This document shows positions 26,301 through 41,419 of a DNA stretch of 64,000 bases, in pieces. A program made the translations under genes and the position numbers. Where the stretch lies: NCBI RefSeq assembly GCF_009914755.1, contig NC_060926.1; one strand, written 5' to 3'. Under the pieces are notes generated by a model. It ran no database searches. It saw only the letters and a program-made list of their open reading frames with translations, and had not been told where the DNA came from. The stretch comes from the human T2T-CHM13v2.0 reference genome, Homo sapiens. The stretch's first letter is position 1; every line of letters begins with the position of its first letter.

Positions 26301-27879
26301 CGCATCCATGATTTCTTAAAATGAGGTGATTTTGATTTTGTTTGGGAGTTTGTTTCCTAGGTGAAAATGGGACAACAACACCGAATCCCTTGGGGTTTAC
26401 ACTCTTCTGAAGATCATAGTGGGAATTATCATGCCACGTTAGGATGGTTCCAGAGGATCATCAAAGTCTTTTTCCCCTTGTTTTGGAATGGGAGTATGTT
26501 TGCAACAGTGCTTGTTTGAAAGTGTAACACATACATTAACACTAACACAGGTAAAAGGCAATGAGATCATGTAATGATGCATTAAAATCTTCAGAAGATC
26601 AAATAAAGGTTCAGCATATCCGTATGATCTGGGGATTGCCAGGAAAGTACCACCTGCTGGAACGTAGTTTGTGGCAGTTCTCGTTGTATAACTACTTGAA
26701 TGAATGCAAAAGGTCCATTGCATTGTGCAGAAATGCTTTCTCCTTTCCTTTAGGTATGGAGTAAGACTTGGACAGTCAGAGCATAGGTTGTCAACTGTTC
26801 CAGATATTAACCAAGGTCAAGTGAAGGTGAGTGTTTGATGGTAGTAGAAGATTTTCCTATTGACCTTAGTTGGTGCATTCTAACCAGAAGGAGAACATTT
26901 TGTTGTAGGAAAGGAAAAACATCATTTTCTCTTGTTTCTTTCAAAGTCAAAGATTATTTACATAGACTAAAGTGTTAATTTTCTCAGAAATCAAAGCCAC
27001 TGGCAGATCGTTAAGTAAAATTCATGTGTGTATGATTAATATTGGATGACCTCTTGCTCTAGTAGAACCTTGCTTTTCAGAAGACATATGGAACTCATTC
27101 ATGCTTATATTACACATATCTATTCATATAGATCTTTGACTCTGTGTTCAGTGAAATGTCATCATTTCTTTTACAACAGATCTGGAAGAGAAAATGCTGC
27201 TTAGAGCAGAATGTTATGAATGGGAAAGGAAATGAAAGTGTGTGTGAGTGAATTGAGGATCATGACAGTGACCTGTATTTCTACATTGGATAGAAAACTT
27301 TTAATAAAAGCTAGAACCCAAGGGGCAAATTTTAGAAATAGGATTTTGCCTTTGATTATACTTCTCTGTGTTTGGACTGCCAATTTGATGTTCTGTTGAT
27401 GAAAGTTTGCTTTTGCATCAGCATCTAATAGGTGAGATTTATGTCTGTTTAGGAGCTACCAGCTTTGTTAATTCATTGGCTTAACAATGAATTAAGAGAG
27501 TCCTTTTACAGATGTTAAAATGGATAGTTTTAGGAAATTAGATAAAAAATACCAAAATTTTCAGAAATTATTTTCATGGTAAGTGCCCGGATTTCAAAAA
27601 CAAATAAAATTATTCCTACTTTTAGAGAATTCTCTGACTACAAAGAGTATGCAATTACATAATTCAGGCAATGAAGTCTTCTTATTAACTCAAAAAAAAC
27701 ATACTGATATTGGAACAATTAAGCAACCACCGGTAATTAAGTGCCCTGGTAGTTCAGATAGTCATGGCTGCACTGAGGTCTGGGCCTTGGCTGGCAACAC
27801 TGGGCAGATGGGAAACTGGTGCCTGAGACAAGAAAGTGACCTGAGAAGTGATAACAGTTCTTCTCCTCCTTTTCTTCTT

Positions 27880-28310
27880 CCTTCTTCCTCTCCCGATGTT
27901 TCTTTTGCTAAAATCAATGCCTACCTCTTGGTTTTCACTTTTCTGATCACTCTTTCACAATCTCATTTGCTGGTTCCTTTGCAGGTTTCTGACCTCTAAA
28001 AACTCGAGGGCCCCATGGTTCATTCCCAATCAGTATGCATTCCCTAGGTGATATTATCCAGTTACATGGCTTTTATACCATCTGTCTGCTGATGGCTTCC
28101 AAATAGATCTTCCAGCTTGAACATCTCCCCTGAACCACAGACCCATATTTCCAGTTGCCTACTTGGTCATTTCAGATGGTCCAGTAAGCATCTCAAACTT
28201 GACATTTCCAAACCTGAGCTTCTGATAATCTTTGCTAAACAACTCTACCAGAAACTTCCTCATCTTGGTTAATGCAATCTCTTTCTTTTAAAATCTTGGC
28301 ACTGTCCTTT
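27880..28310 (+). mobile_element. L2 fragment (resumes at ~32130 after the L1MA)
   Basis: TCCCTAGGTGATATTATCCAGTTACATGGC ... CATCTCAAACTTGACATTTCCAAACCTGAGCT; continues TGCTGCCACCTTGGTCCAAACTACCATCATC. Confidence 0.8.
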
Positions 28311-29164
28311 TATTAAAGTTTTATTTTTAATGGACAAATAATATTTGTACATATTTATGGAGTACAACATGATGTTATGATACATGTATGCATTGTGGAA
28401 TGATCAAATCAGGCTAATTAGCATATCTGTCACAAATATTTATTATTTCTTTGTGGTGAGAAGACTTAAAATCCTCTCTTAGTTATTTTGAAATACGCAT
28501 TATTATTAATTAATTATAACTAAATTGTTAACTGTTAACAGTCATGTGCTATGCAGTAGAAAACCAGAACTTATTCCTCTTATCCAGCTGAAATTTTGTA
28601 ACCATTGACCAAGATCTTCCCTTTCTGACCCCTCACGTTCATCTCTGGCCTCTGGTAATCACCATTCTACTCTCTACTTCTAGGAGTTCAACATTTGTAG
28701 GTTCCACACATAAGTGAGATCATATGGTTTTGGTGTATCTGTGCCTTTCTTATTTCATTTAATATCGTTAATATCTTCATTTAATATCTTGTTTCATTTA
28801 ATGTCTTCTAGGTTTACCCATGTTGTCACACATGACAGAATTTTCTGTTTTTCTTTCTTTTTTTCTTTTTTTTTTTAAGGCTGAATAGAAAATCCATTCA
28901 TCCAAATGGGCACTTAAGTTGTTTCCATATCTTGGCTATAGTGAATAGTGCTGCAATGAACATGGGAGTGCAGACATCTCTTTGACAAACTGATTTCAAT
29001 TCCTTTGGGTAAATAAATACCCAGTAGTGGGATTGTAGAATCATATGGTAACTCTATTTTTAGTTTTTTGAGGAACGTTCATACAGTTTTCCAAAATGGC
29101 TATAGTAATTTACAATACCATCAACAGTGTATAAGGAAGGGTTCCCCATTCTTTGCATCCTTGA

Positions 29165-29631
<467 letters not shown>

Positions 29632-30584
29632 CCTTTGCCCATTTTTTAACTGAGTAATTTGTTTTCTTGTTACTAAATAGTTTGGGTTCCTTGTTTATTG
29701 TGGATATTAGAACCAATGTATAATTTGCAAATATTTTCTCAGTCAGTGGGTTGTCTCTTCATTCTATTTATTGTTTCCTTTGCAGTGCAGAAGATTTTTA
29801 GTTTGATGCAATCCCATTTGTCTATTTTTGCTTTTATTGCCTGTGCTTTTGGGGTTGTACTCCAGAAATCATTGTCCAGACCAATGTCATAAAACTTTTC
29901 CCTTATGTTTTCTTCTAGTAGTTTTATAGTTTCAGGTCTTAATATTTAAGTGTTTAATTTATTTTGAGTTGATTCATGTAAAAAAGGCGAGATAAGAGTT
30001 CATTTTTGTTACTCTATATGTCAATATCCAGTTTCCTCAGTACCATTTATTAAAAGACGCAGTCCTTTCCCCATTGTGTGATCTTGGCACCCTTGTCAAA
30101 TCAATTGTCTAGGGATGTGTTTTATTTTTTTTTTCTGGGCTCTATATCCTGTTCCACTGGTCAGTGTGTCTGTTTTTGTACCATTGCATGTTGTTTTGAT
30201 TACCATATCTTTGTAATGTATTTTGAAATCTGGTAGTGTAATACCTCTAGCTTTGTTTTAGTCCAGGTTGCTTCAGCTATTAGGGGTGTTTTGTGGGTCC
30301 ATATGAATTTCAGAATTGCTTTTTCTATTTCTTTGAAGAATGACATTGAAATTTTGATAGGGATTGCATTGAATCTGTAGATTGCTTTGGGTCGTATGAA
30401 CATTTTAATAATACTAGTTCTTCCAGTTCATGAACACAGATACCTTTCCATTTATTTGTGTCATCTTCAGTTTCTTTCATCAATGTTTTATAGTTTTCGG
30501 TATACAGATCTTTCATTTCCTTAGTTAAATTTACTTTTAAATATTTTTTTTCTGGTGCTATTATAAATGGGATTGTCTTCTTAA

Positions 30585-30859
30585 TTTTTTTTTTTTTTTT
30601 TCTGAGATGGAACCTCACTCTGTCGCCCAGGCTGGAGTGTAGTGGTGCCATCTCAGCTCACTGAAACTTCCACTTTCCGGGTTCAAGCAACTGTCTGCCT
30701 CAGCCTCCCGTGTGGCTCAGATTACAGGCACCTGCTACCACGCCCGGCTAATTTCTGTATTTTTAGAAGAGACAGGGTTTCACCATCTTGGCCAGGCTGG
30801 TCTTGAACTCCTGACTTCGTGATCCACCCACCTTGGCCTCCCAAAGTGCTGGGATTACA
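30585..30859 (-). mobile_element. AluS lacking its first ~22 nt, no TSD
   Basis: Ends at GGGATTACA and joins L1 sequence TTGTTAGTGTATAGAAATGCTACTG directly. Confidence 0.93.
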
Positions 30860-32663
30860 TTGTTAGTGTATAGAAATGCTACTGATTTTTGTTAAATTCA
30901 TTTTGTATCTTGCAACTTTACTGAATTTGTTTGAGTTTTAACGGTTTTTTGGTGGAGTCTTTAGTATTGTCTATATATAAGATCTTGTCGTCAGCAACAG
31001 AGACAATTTCACTTTATTCTTTCCTTTTGGATGCCTTTTTATTTATTTCTCTTGCCTAATTGCTCTGGCTAGGACTTCCAGTAGTATGTTGAACAGAAGT
31101 TATGGGAGTAGGTATCCTTGTCTTGTTTCTGTTCTTAAAGGAAAAGCTTTCAACTTTTCATGTTGAGTATGATGTTAGCTGTGGCCTTATTATATATGGT
31201 CTTTGTTGTGTTTTGAAACATTCCTTCTATAACCACTTTGTTGAGAGTTTTTATAATGAAAGGATGTTGAATGTTATTAAATGCTTTTTTCTGTATCTAT
31301 TGAAATAATCATATGTTTTTTCTTCATTCTGGCAATAATTTATTGATTTGCGTATGTTGAACCAACCTTGCCTCCCAGGGATAAATCCCACTTGATTATG
31401 ATGATACCCTTTTAATGTACTGTTGAGTATGGTTTGATAGTATTTTGTTGAGAATTTTTACTCTATGTTTATTAGAGATGTTGGCCTGTAGTTTCCTTTT
31501 CTTGTACTGTCTTTGTTTGGCTTTGGTATCAGGGTAACACTGGCTTTATAAAATGAGTTTAGAAGTATTCCCTCCTCTTTAATTTTTCAGAAGAGTTTCA
31601 GAAAGATTGGTATTAGTTCTTTAAATGTTTGGTAGAATTTGGCCATGAAGTCATCCAGTCCTGGGCTTTTCTTTGATGACATACTTTTAGTTACTTATTC
31701 AATCTATTTACTCATTATTGCTCTGTTCAGATTTCTAGTTTCTTCATGGGTTAGTCTTGATAGATTACATGTTTCTAGGAATTTATCCATTTCTTCTAGG
31801 TTGTCCAATTTGTTGGCATGTAATTGTTCATAGTAGTCTCTTATGATCCTTTGTATTTCTGTGTTGTTTCGTTTTTCATTTGTGATTTTATTATTTGTCT
31901 TCTCTTTTTTTTCTTAATTAGTGTAGCTAAGCGTTTGTCCATTTTTTTAGCTTTTCAAAAACAAACTTAATTTTGTTTATCTTTTCTATTGTTTTTCTAG
32001 TCTCCATTTAATTTATTTCTGCTCTGATCTTTGTTATTCCTTTCCTTCTGCTAACTTTTGGCTTAGTTTGTTCTTTTCTCCTAGTTCCCTCAGGGGTACC
32101 ATTAGGTTGTTTGTTTGAGATCTTTTTTATCCAGACCATCAACAAACCCTGATGGCTTCTCTTCCTCAACTGCTGCCACCTTGGTCCAAACTACCATCAT
32201 CTTTTGCCTTCTCACTGGCCCTCTTACCTTTGGCCTTGCCCTTCTGCAGTCTATCCTTACCCAGTAGCCTGTATGATCTTGTTGAAACATGTCATGTGGT
32301 TTTTCATCTCTTAAATGACGATAATAAGAGCATTGGGTTAGATCATGGGATTTTCATGTCTATAGGTCAAAATGGTGGAATGTTGCTGAACTTCTTATGG
32401 TTCAATCTAATACCTACCTCATGAAGGGTGATAAGGACCTGATGAAGTAGTGCCAGTGCAATGCATTGTGCAGGGGCTGGCCTATAGTAAACTTGAAAAA
32501 TAGCCATTACTATTGCTTAACAAAGTCCCTGGTGAGTCACACAAGGCCTTCTGAAACTTCGTCCCTGTTTCCTGTCTCCCCTCACATTCCTTTGTGCTTT
32601 GTACTTTATATACTGCACTTTGACAATGTAGCCCTTACTGCAGTTTCCTAAACCCATCTGACT

Positions 32664-32965
<302 letters not shown>

Positions 32966-32999
32966 TGACTCTTTTATGTCCTTTTGCTTTTGATTATAT

Positions 33000-33315
33000 C
33001 ACTTCCTCTTTCTGGAACCCTCCTCTCTCTAGTCCTTAAAGTTTAGCACCCCACTTCTCTCCCTCCTCTGTGTAGGTATCTTCATTCCTCCCCAGTCTGT
33101 CCAACCTTTTTCTGTGTTATTTCTGAATTTTGAACAAACTCATTGTATATATTACAATGATTGATTTACATGTCTGTCTGCCTCTTTACTTGACTCTACT
33201 TCCTCAAGTACAAAGGTGGTATTTTATTCATTTTGTCTTCAACATCTTGTACAGTGTGACATAAATAGCTCCCAATAAATATTTGGTGAACGAGTGGGTA
33301 AATGAATGAATGGAC
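33000..33315 (+). mobile_element. L2 3' end
   Basis: CAGTGTGACATAAATAGCTCCCAATAAATATTTGGTGAACGAGTGGGTAAATGAATGAATG. Confidence 0.75.
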
Positions 33316-35433
33316 AAGCTGAGAACATGGACACCCTGTTTTATGATAGCTCTTATATGCCAATGAGTGAGGGTAAGGTAAAGATTAAGAAAACATGCAA
33401 ACTGCTGAGGCATAATGAACACATTTTAGAAATCAGGTTAAATAGGATGCAGGACTCTAACAGGGCAGGAAGAGAAAGCAGGACTGGGAGGCAGAGATAC
33501 TGAAATGAATTGTATATGAGAGGATGACTGCCTGCCTTTTGGCCTCTTGGTGGTTCCTGATGGCGTGGCTGGCTTTGGTCCCATGGATGACTGTAGGAAG
33601 ATGTGTCCTGCCAGAGGGTGAGCTAGCGGGCTGTGGGCTTCACTCTGTTTCTGAGTGATGTGCTACAGAAGCTGTAAGATGGTGAACAGGTTGAAACAGC
33701 TGTCTTTTTTAGAGGCCCCAGGCTACACTGGCTTTAGAATAGAATCTCAAATAATTTTTAATTCAAATGAAATAATGGAGGAAAATTCCCCTGTACGATG
33801 GAACATTCTGGCCTGGCCTCAAGGCTGGTGGTTTAGGGCTGAGGGTGAATCTGGGAAGGTCCTGCAGGCACTTGTTGAAGTGAGCCCTTCCTCTACAGAC
33901 CGTTGACCTGGATATGAAAAGTGCTGGTTTGGAAAGAAACTTGTTTGTGTGATAGCTGCATTTCCCTACAGCCCCTGGGAATGAAGTGGAGTGATAGTTA
34001 TAGGAAAGATAAAGTTAAATGGTGCTAAGATCCTGCTCAGTTAGATTCTTTATCCTGCTATGATGTTTCCCGACAAGAATACATAGGTTTGGATGATAAC
34101 AGACTTTCTGTCTGGTTATCATCCTGCCTTCTAATGCCTAGTACAGTGCCTGGCAAATGAACAGTGTTCAGTGAATTGTGCTACTAAGGCTGGATCCTTA
34201 CAACAGAAAAAATGGCCATGGAGTGAGAAATTTAGCAGGTCCAGTTTGCTGGGATTCATTTGGGATAAGGAAACTGAAAGGACAAGATCTCCTGTAATTT
34301 TGTTTCATAGCTTAGCTATAGAAGGTAGGACCACCCCAAATTTTCCAGTCTGGTCTGAGTTCTTGGCCCTTAAAATATGTATTATCACTAGTGAGAGGAA
34401 GAGAGTGATTTCATAGTATACTTGCAGTTAAGGGAAATGGTTACAAGCATGGATTTTAGGAGGCAAAATCTCTGCTTACAAATCTTGTCTCTGATACATA
34501 CTAGCCAAATAATACAGAATTCTTTTGTGTCTCAGCTCCTCGTTTGTAGGATGGGAATAACAGTGGCACCTATGCCCTTAGATTAAATAGGTATGTAAGG
34601 TGGTTGGCTTAGTACTTGACAATGAATTAATGTGAACTAATAACATCAGGCTTGATTTCTACAGAACAAAGAAGATGAATTGGTAGTGTAAAACCATGTC
34701 CTCTTTGTGCAGGTCGCTGAGAGACCTCAAACCCTAAGAAGGTCAAACCCTAAGAAGAAAATCCTAGTCTGGCTCTCTAAGAATGGAGGCTCCTGATGGG
34801 GAGGAGTAAACCAAAAGTCAATGGCTTTTTGTCTGAGACTGACCTGCGGAATAACGTATGTTGGGTAGTGGGAAGACGGCAGAGAGAGTAGTTGGACCTT
34901 TCCTTCCCTAGGGACTGCCAGGCTTCGTGAAGATTTGCTGGATCTTCTTTGTGTGCTCATAACAAGGATTTCTTTCTGCATATACAGTACTTTACAGTTT
35001 CGTAACGACCCTGTGTGGTGAGCTTCCCAAGTTGCAATGGAGACTTTCAGCTCCCTGTTGCCCAGGGAGGAAGGAGCCTTCTTCTTTCCCAACAGAAAAG
35101 GGAGGGCAGGGAGTCCTGTAGGGGCCTGGGAGACACCAAGGGGAGATGCCCTTGGAGTTTAAGTCTGGGGTTCAGATATGGTGTGGAATCTCAAATCCCT
35201 GATTACCCCTGGGGTTGTCCACTAGAGGTTCACCCATGCAATGTGCCTGTAGCTAAGATCATTTCCCAGAGGAAAATGAGAGTCTACAAGGAGAAAAAAG
35301 TCATGGTCTTCCATATCAATAATGATATCCAGGCTTTGAGTTCTGAAATAAGTTTTCTGGGACTTTAGTCTGATGTCTGTAAATCCCACTCCCCTTTGGA
35401 TCTGCATATTAACCACTTTTTCTATTGTGGCCC

Positions 35434-35818
35434 TGATACGGTTTGGCTCTGTGTCCTCACCCAAATCTCATGTTGAATTATGATCTTCCACGTTGGAGGA
35501 GGGGTCTGTAGGGAGGTGGTTGGATCTTGGGGACAGATTTCCTACTTGCTTTTCTCATGATAGGGAATGCTCATGAGATCTGGTTGTTTAAAAGTGTGTA
35601 GCATCTCCTCCTTTTCTCTCTATCCTCCTCCACCATGATAAGACGTGCTGGCTTCCTCTTCACCTTCCACCATGATTGTAAGTTTCCTGAGCCTGCTCAC
35701 CTCCCCCAGCCATGCTTCCTAGACAGCCTGCAGAACTGAAAGTCAATTAAACCTCTTTTCTTCATAAATTACCCAGTCTCAGGTAGTTCTTTGTAGCAGT
35801 GTGAGAAGGACTAATACA
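35434..35818 (+). mobile_element. MSTA/MSTB MaLR solo LTR, full length
   Basis: TGATACGGTTTGGCTCTGTGTCC ... AATTAAACCTCTTTTC ... GACTAATACA; perfect TSD GGCCC. Confidence 0.93.
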
Positions 35819-36215
35819 GGCCCACAGGCATAAGGGATACTGAAGAAAGGGGTATGGGAGGATGGGATCTTCTCCAGGCCCACCCAGTCACTGCCCTAAA
35901 GGGGCTGGAGTGAGGAGAAGGGCAGCTGAGCCTACACATGTTGAAGGAACCACAGGAAGTGGACACCTGTCAAAAGTTCAAGCATTGGCAATAGCTGGGA
36001 AAGGTCTCACTGCTAACTCTCAATCCCCATGAAAAAGAATCGGGGGTATCAATAGGCTCACAAGATATTATTATTTATTGGAGTGACCTTTGTTGCTAAG
36101 TAACAGCATGATTTTCAGACTGTATTAAAAAATTATAATTGGCATGAGCTTTAAATAATGTGAGCTGGCATTGGAGACATTAAGCCACGTGGCGGGGATG
36201 TAAATTAGCCAGAAA

Positions 36216-36232
36216 GGTTCACAGGGGGGTCA
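36216..36232 (+). promoter_or_regulatory. Candidate DR5 retinoic-acid response element
   Basis: GGTTCA-CAGGG-GGGTCA is an exact RGKTCA-N5-RGKTCA match in non-repeat sequence; function unverified. Confidence 0.5.
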
Positions 36233-37459
36233 GTGCAATTGTCAGATAATGCTGAACCAAGTCAAATTAATTTCTAATAATTTGTAGAGGGTAGGCAGCA
36301 GAGAAACCACCAAGCTCCTGGAAGCTGTAGGGACCGCAAAGCTCGGGTGTCAGGCTAGAAATATGAGGCCTCACCCATGCCAAAAAGCATTAAAACCAGT
36401 AGTTGGAATTCAAGGAATGACCTTATTGAAGTTCGGACTTAATCTCATTCCAAGTCCTATTTTCTTGATTTTGCTTGGCAGAAAATGAAGTAATGACAGA
36501 GAGCCAGGGAGAATCTCCTGTGCTTGGGCTACCTGCTTAAATGCTGTCCCTGAATTTTCACCTGAGTTAGAACACCAAGTGTCAGCAACAGGTTAAGTGT
36601 TGAGCTGATCATTAAGCTAGACCCGATTCCTTCTCAGCAGGCTGAAAATCTAAATAAGCTAGGCAGGCAGAACACCAGGTAAATTAAGATACATCTTATC
36701 CTTTCACCCCACTGTGAAATGGAATCTTAATGTACAGAGGCCCTGTGGGGAGAAGAGTAAACTCTGGCTATGGACTTGGAGTGGAGGGGTGAGAGAGGAA
36801 GCTGGAGAAGCTGGAATGAGAGATGCTTCCAGTGAGCCTTGCTGCCATTCCCCAGGGTGTAGACATGTGAAGGGCAGAACACATGTCTACTGGTTAATTC
36901 TTGTGAACTCCTGAAACTAGGAAAGACAAAGTTGAGATTCTGTGGCTGCACCTCTTTAAGAGGCTTTAGTGTCTTGCCTAGTACTAGGCTGTGCGTGGCA
37001 CTGGAGGCCAGCCTCTTTGTGGGGCTATTCTGAAATGGTACTGAGAGCAGAGGGAAGGGGTTTGAGTGAAGGCTAATTTTAAGTCTCTTGCTGAACCATT
37101 TTAGAAACCTCTGCTCCTTCTGTTTCTTAGGGATGAGCTCTGGGATTGAGGACTCAGGGAAGGAGCTACTATTCTGTCTGTTGTAGACACTATGAATGCT
37201 CACCAACGTCTATGCCCCTCTCTTCTTCTTGCGGACAAGGGCAGATGACATTTCGGCATGGAGGAGAGGCATCTAATTCACGCTGGGGAAAGGAGCTACA
37301 CCGTAGAATGATGTCCTTGCAGTAGGATTTTGAGTATCATGAAAGCCAGTGGGAGACATTATTATTAAGTACTAATAAGTATGGCTGATTTATTATTCTA
37401 TGACTTTCTCAAATAAGCATGGTCTAGCTCCCCAGCTGATTAAGAAGCCCCAAGTGACT

Positions 37460-37690
37460 GGGTTTTGTGGTTAGACAAATCTGCACTCACATCCCAGTTT
37501 GCCACTTACTTAGCTGTTTGATCTTGGGCAAGCATTATTATACTTAAATTATCTGGGACTTGATGTCTTTTTGGATACGACAGAGATAGTAATAGGCTTT
37601 CCCCAGAAGGTTTTGAGGATGAAATGAGATGAGTAGAAAAGCATGTTGCTCAGTGCTTGGCACAGAGTCAGTGCTCAATATATCTTTGGC
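37460..37690 (+). mobile_element. MIR SINE
   Basis: GCCACTTACTTAGCTGTTTGATCTTGGGCAAG ... GAGGATGAAATGAGATG ... CAGTGCTTGGCACAGAG. Confidence 0.85.
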
Positions 37691-37716
37691 TGTGTGACAC
37701 TGAGAGCAGCAAACTT

Positions 37717-38014
<298 letters not shown>

Positions 38015-38997
38015 TGATATCACCAGACTTCTTGTTCTGAAGACTTTATGAACAGAACCCCAGATAAGACTTGTTCTTGTGTGCTCCATGGAATTTCTAG
38101 ATCTTAATTGTTAGTTCAGAATGCCTAGGAAGTGTTTGGGAAATGTTTGTTGGAGTACAGTTCTTTAGAGTCCTAATTAGTCAAGGAGAGATTGTTTCTG
38201 GAGGACAGGGGTGTTTGGGAGATGGCCCAGCCCCTCCTCAGAACAAGTGTTGACTTTGGAATCAGACAATCTGGTTCAAGTCCTAGGTCTGTCACTTTCT
38301 AGTAGCATGAACTTGTATAGGTGATACACTTTCTCTAAGCCTTGGTCATATTGTCTGTAAAAGGAGGTGATGATTCCTTTGTCACAGGATTGCCATGAAG
38401 ATACATTATAAAACAAACAACTGACCTTGAGCTGTCCTGAGATTAACCAACACGTAATTTGATTTCAATAGAATAGATGATTTTTTTGTTTCCTGTTTTT
38501 CCTTGTGTTGAGGATTCCAGAGTTACATAGAGCCAAGGATTTTTAACATTTTATTCTGAAGAATTTCTGAAGAATTTAAGATAATCTGCCAAATATATAT
38601 ATTTTCCAGGTTATAATGATAATATATGCTCTTATAGAATATTTGAAAAAATAAACACACAACACAAAAATAATAAAACATAACCATAAACTATAATTCC
38701 GCAACCCAGAAATAATACCCAGTGACGTTCACGTTTCTGTGTCTTTCCTTCCAGCCTTTCTTTCAAGCATATTCAGAATCATACTATGTGTGCAGATTTT
38801 TTTAAAAAAACTTAGATTTCCTGAATTTTTATTATATTATGAGCATACTTGTATTATCATTATTCATTAAGAATAGTAATGGTTAGTCATGGCTACACAA
38901 ATATTCTATTGTTTGTAAGAATGATTGTATATTTAATTGTTTTCCAAATGCTGGGTGTATGGGTTGGTTTTTCATTATAAATAATACTTTGAAGACC

Positions 38998-39445
38998 TCT
39001 GGGTTGGGTGTCTTCCTTTTGCCTCTCTAGATCCATTCCTTACCTTTCTCCATCCCGCTTTCTGCTCCAGGGGGCCCAGAATCTGGTTTTCCTCAATTGT
39101 GCTTTTGCCCTCTGACTTACTCTTGGTTTTGGCCCATTTGGGACCCAGGCAATTGGTATATCTATTTTGTCAGCTTGCTGCCTGCTTTGAGAGAAGGTCA
39201 CAGAACTTCCTAAGATGGCCGCCTTCTTACAGCTCTTTCTCTGTAGATTCTAGCACCTGCTTCCTCTCCATACACTTTCAGACTGTGAATTTAACAGCCA
39301 CACTGTGAGTTCTGGAGTACCAGTCAATCCCTTGTGTGCTTTGTACACCTGCCCCCGACTTCTGTAAATAATTCCTTATGAAACCTCTTAAAATTATTCC
39401 ATTTTGAGCTTGCCATCTACTTCCTGCTGGAGCCCTGAATGTGTT
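38998..39445 (+). mobile_element. LTR33 ERVL solo LTR
   Basis: TTTGCCTCTCTAGATCCATTCC...TTGCCCTCTGACTT...AAACCTCTTAAAATTATTCCATTTTGAGCTTGCCATCTACTTCCTGCTGGAGCCCTGA. Confidence 0.75.
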
Positions 39446-39843
39446 TATACATTGTATACACAGTTGTATGTTTGGCAGTCTTTACATATTTGTCTTATCA
39501 TTCCTTCTATCTAATATTAATACATTTCTACAAGCCAGTTTAAAATAGCTGATCCTTAGTTCTCTCACCTGTAAAGTGACATTAATAATATCTAAACAGT
39601 AGCTGGGAGGATAAATGTGATAATGTATGAAAATTCTTTATAACCTGTAAATTGACTTATACATGTAAGACATAGGTTATTACCACCATCTACTTAACCT
39701 TGAAGGAGCTGAAAGCCTTTGGTCTGGTTCCAGGATGAAGTTTTGCAATATCAAACCTTGAAATGTTTTCAAAACCCCAAAGTAGCTGTTGCTAACAGGT
39801 TTCTTCACCCTGCTACCATAAACTTTACATTCTTGGCTTTACT

Positions 39844-40137
39844 ATTTTTATTTTTTATTTTTTTTTGAGACAAGAGTCTCGCTCTGTCACCCAGGCTGGA
39901 GTGCAGTGGCACTTTATCTCGGCTCACTGAAACCTTCGTCTCCCGGGTTCAAGCAAGTCTCCTGCCTCAGCCTCCCGAGTAGCTGGGACTACAGGTGTGC
40001 ACCACCATGGTATCCAATCTTTTTTTTGGATTTTTAGTACAGGCAGTGTTTTACCATGCTGGCCAAGTTGGTCTCAAACTCCTGACCTCGCGATCCGCCC
40101 ATCTTGGCCTCCCAAAGTGCTGGGATTACAGGTGTGA
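39844..40137 (-). mobile_element. AluS (Sg/Sc-like), ~15 nt 5'-truncated
   Basis: Ends GGTGTGA; TSD GGCTTTACT at 39835-39843 and 40138-40146. Confidence 0.94.
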
Positions 40138-41419
40138 GGCTTTACTTTAAGAAGAGGTGATCTTAGGAAACTCTGTGTTGTTCACACACCTGGTAAGCCA
40201 TTGTTTCTGCATGAAATTTAATAAGGATGTATAGACTAAGGATTCTCTTGGGTGGTATATGCCAATATGTGGTTTGAAGTACTGCTGACCCAGGAGAATT
40301 CACTTTTCAAACCAAAGTGAGCAGCCTTTTTTGAGCTCCTGGGCTGATCTAGTCCATTGCATTCAGCGTGGATCTGTTTTTTAAAAAATCCATTCAAGCA
40401 CATAAGGTAAAATTTGTCTTATTGGCTTTTTGTCTGAAATTTTGGCAGAGCATAGACAGATTTCAGCATTTATTGCTCTTTGAGTGATTTCCAGCTTTGT
40501 TCCAGGAAAAATACAATTAATCTTGTGGCAGCCATGATATCAATCCATATGAGGGGCGAGTTGTTTCAGATATCACTGGGATCTCTAACTCCTTTGACTG
40601 TGCTCATCTTTTTGGCTGAAGGTGAGTGTAATACACACCAGGGGAAGCCTCTTGCTTCCACTTCTGCAATTGTCTGCAAAGCCCCAAGACTTGCATGGGT
40701 GGGGTGGGGGGTCTTGTGCACCCAGCTGTGCTCCATCAGCCCCATGAACACATCTGGGAAAGTAGGTGTGAGAGGCCCCCATGAGTGGATGGGAAGGGGG
40801 GTTACAGTGTCATGAGGGAGCATGAGCAAGATCTGGTTGACTTGCATTTGTCCTGTACACAATGGATGCTGTTTGACTCTGGCTAGGTGAAAGGAGGGGG
40901 GTTGTAGTCCTCATATTTGGAGACAGTGCCATTGGCTTCCTTCTTCACACAATCTTTGTTTTCATAGTGGTGTGCTGTAGCATGGAGCTTTATCAGGTCC
41001 AGGCCAGCTGTGGGCCCTAGGGCCACTGAATATATTTCTTTTCTTTGCAACAGTTTTGCAGAGCCTAGTATTAGCCCCACTCTGAATCTGGCCCCAGTTG
41101 GTTTCATTTCTCCACCTTGATTATCACCCATGCTGATCCTGGGGCCCAGCGTGTTCGAGCCCTCACTCTGTAACCCAACCAAACTGTGATCTTAAACAAG
41201 TTGCTTAACGTCTCTGGGTCAGAACTTCCTCGTCTGTATTGGATTAGATCACAATTTCTCAAACTTCTTTCTTCAAACTGCAAGGACACCTCTGACTCCT
41301 TCCCACAAGTGCCCTGCTCTCCTGCCAAACTGAATACATTGTGATCTTTTTGTTTCCCAATAAAAACTAATTCATCCCTTGCTAATTTTATCCATTAAAA
41401 CTGTCCATTTCCTCCCATA

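Noticed and set aside
30200-30651. L1 ORF2-like peptides
   Set aside because: Frameshifted, Alu-interrupted fossil, not a functional gene
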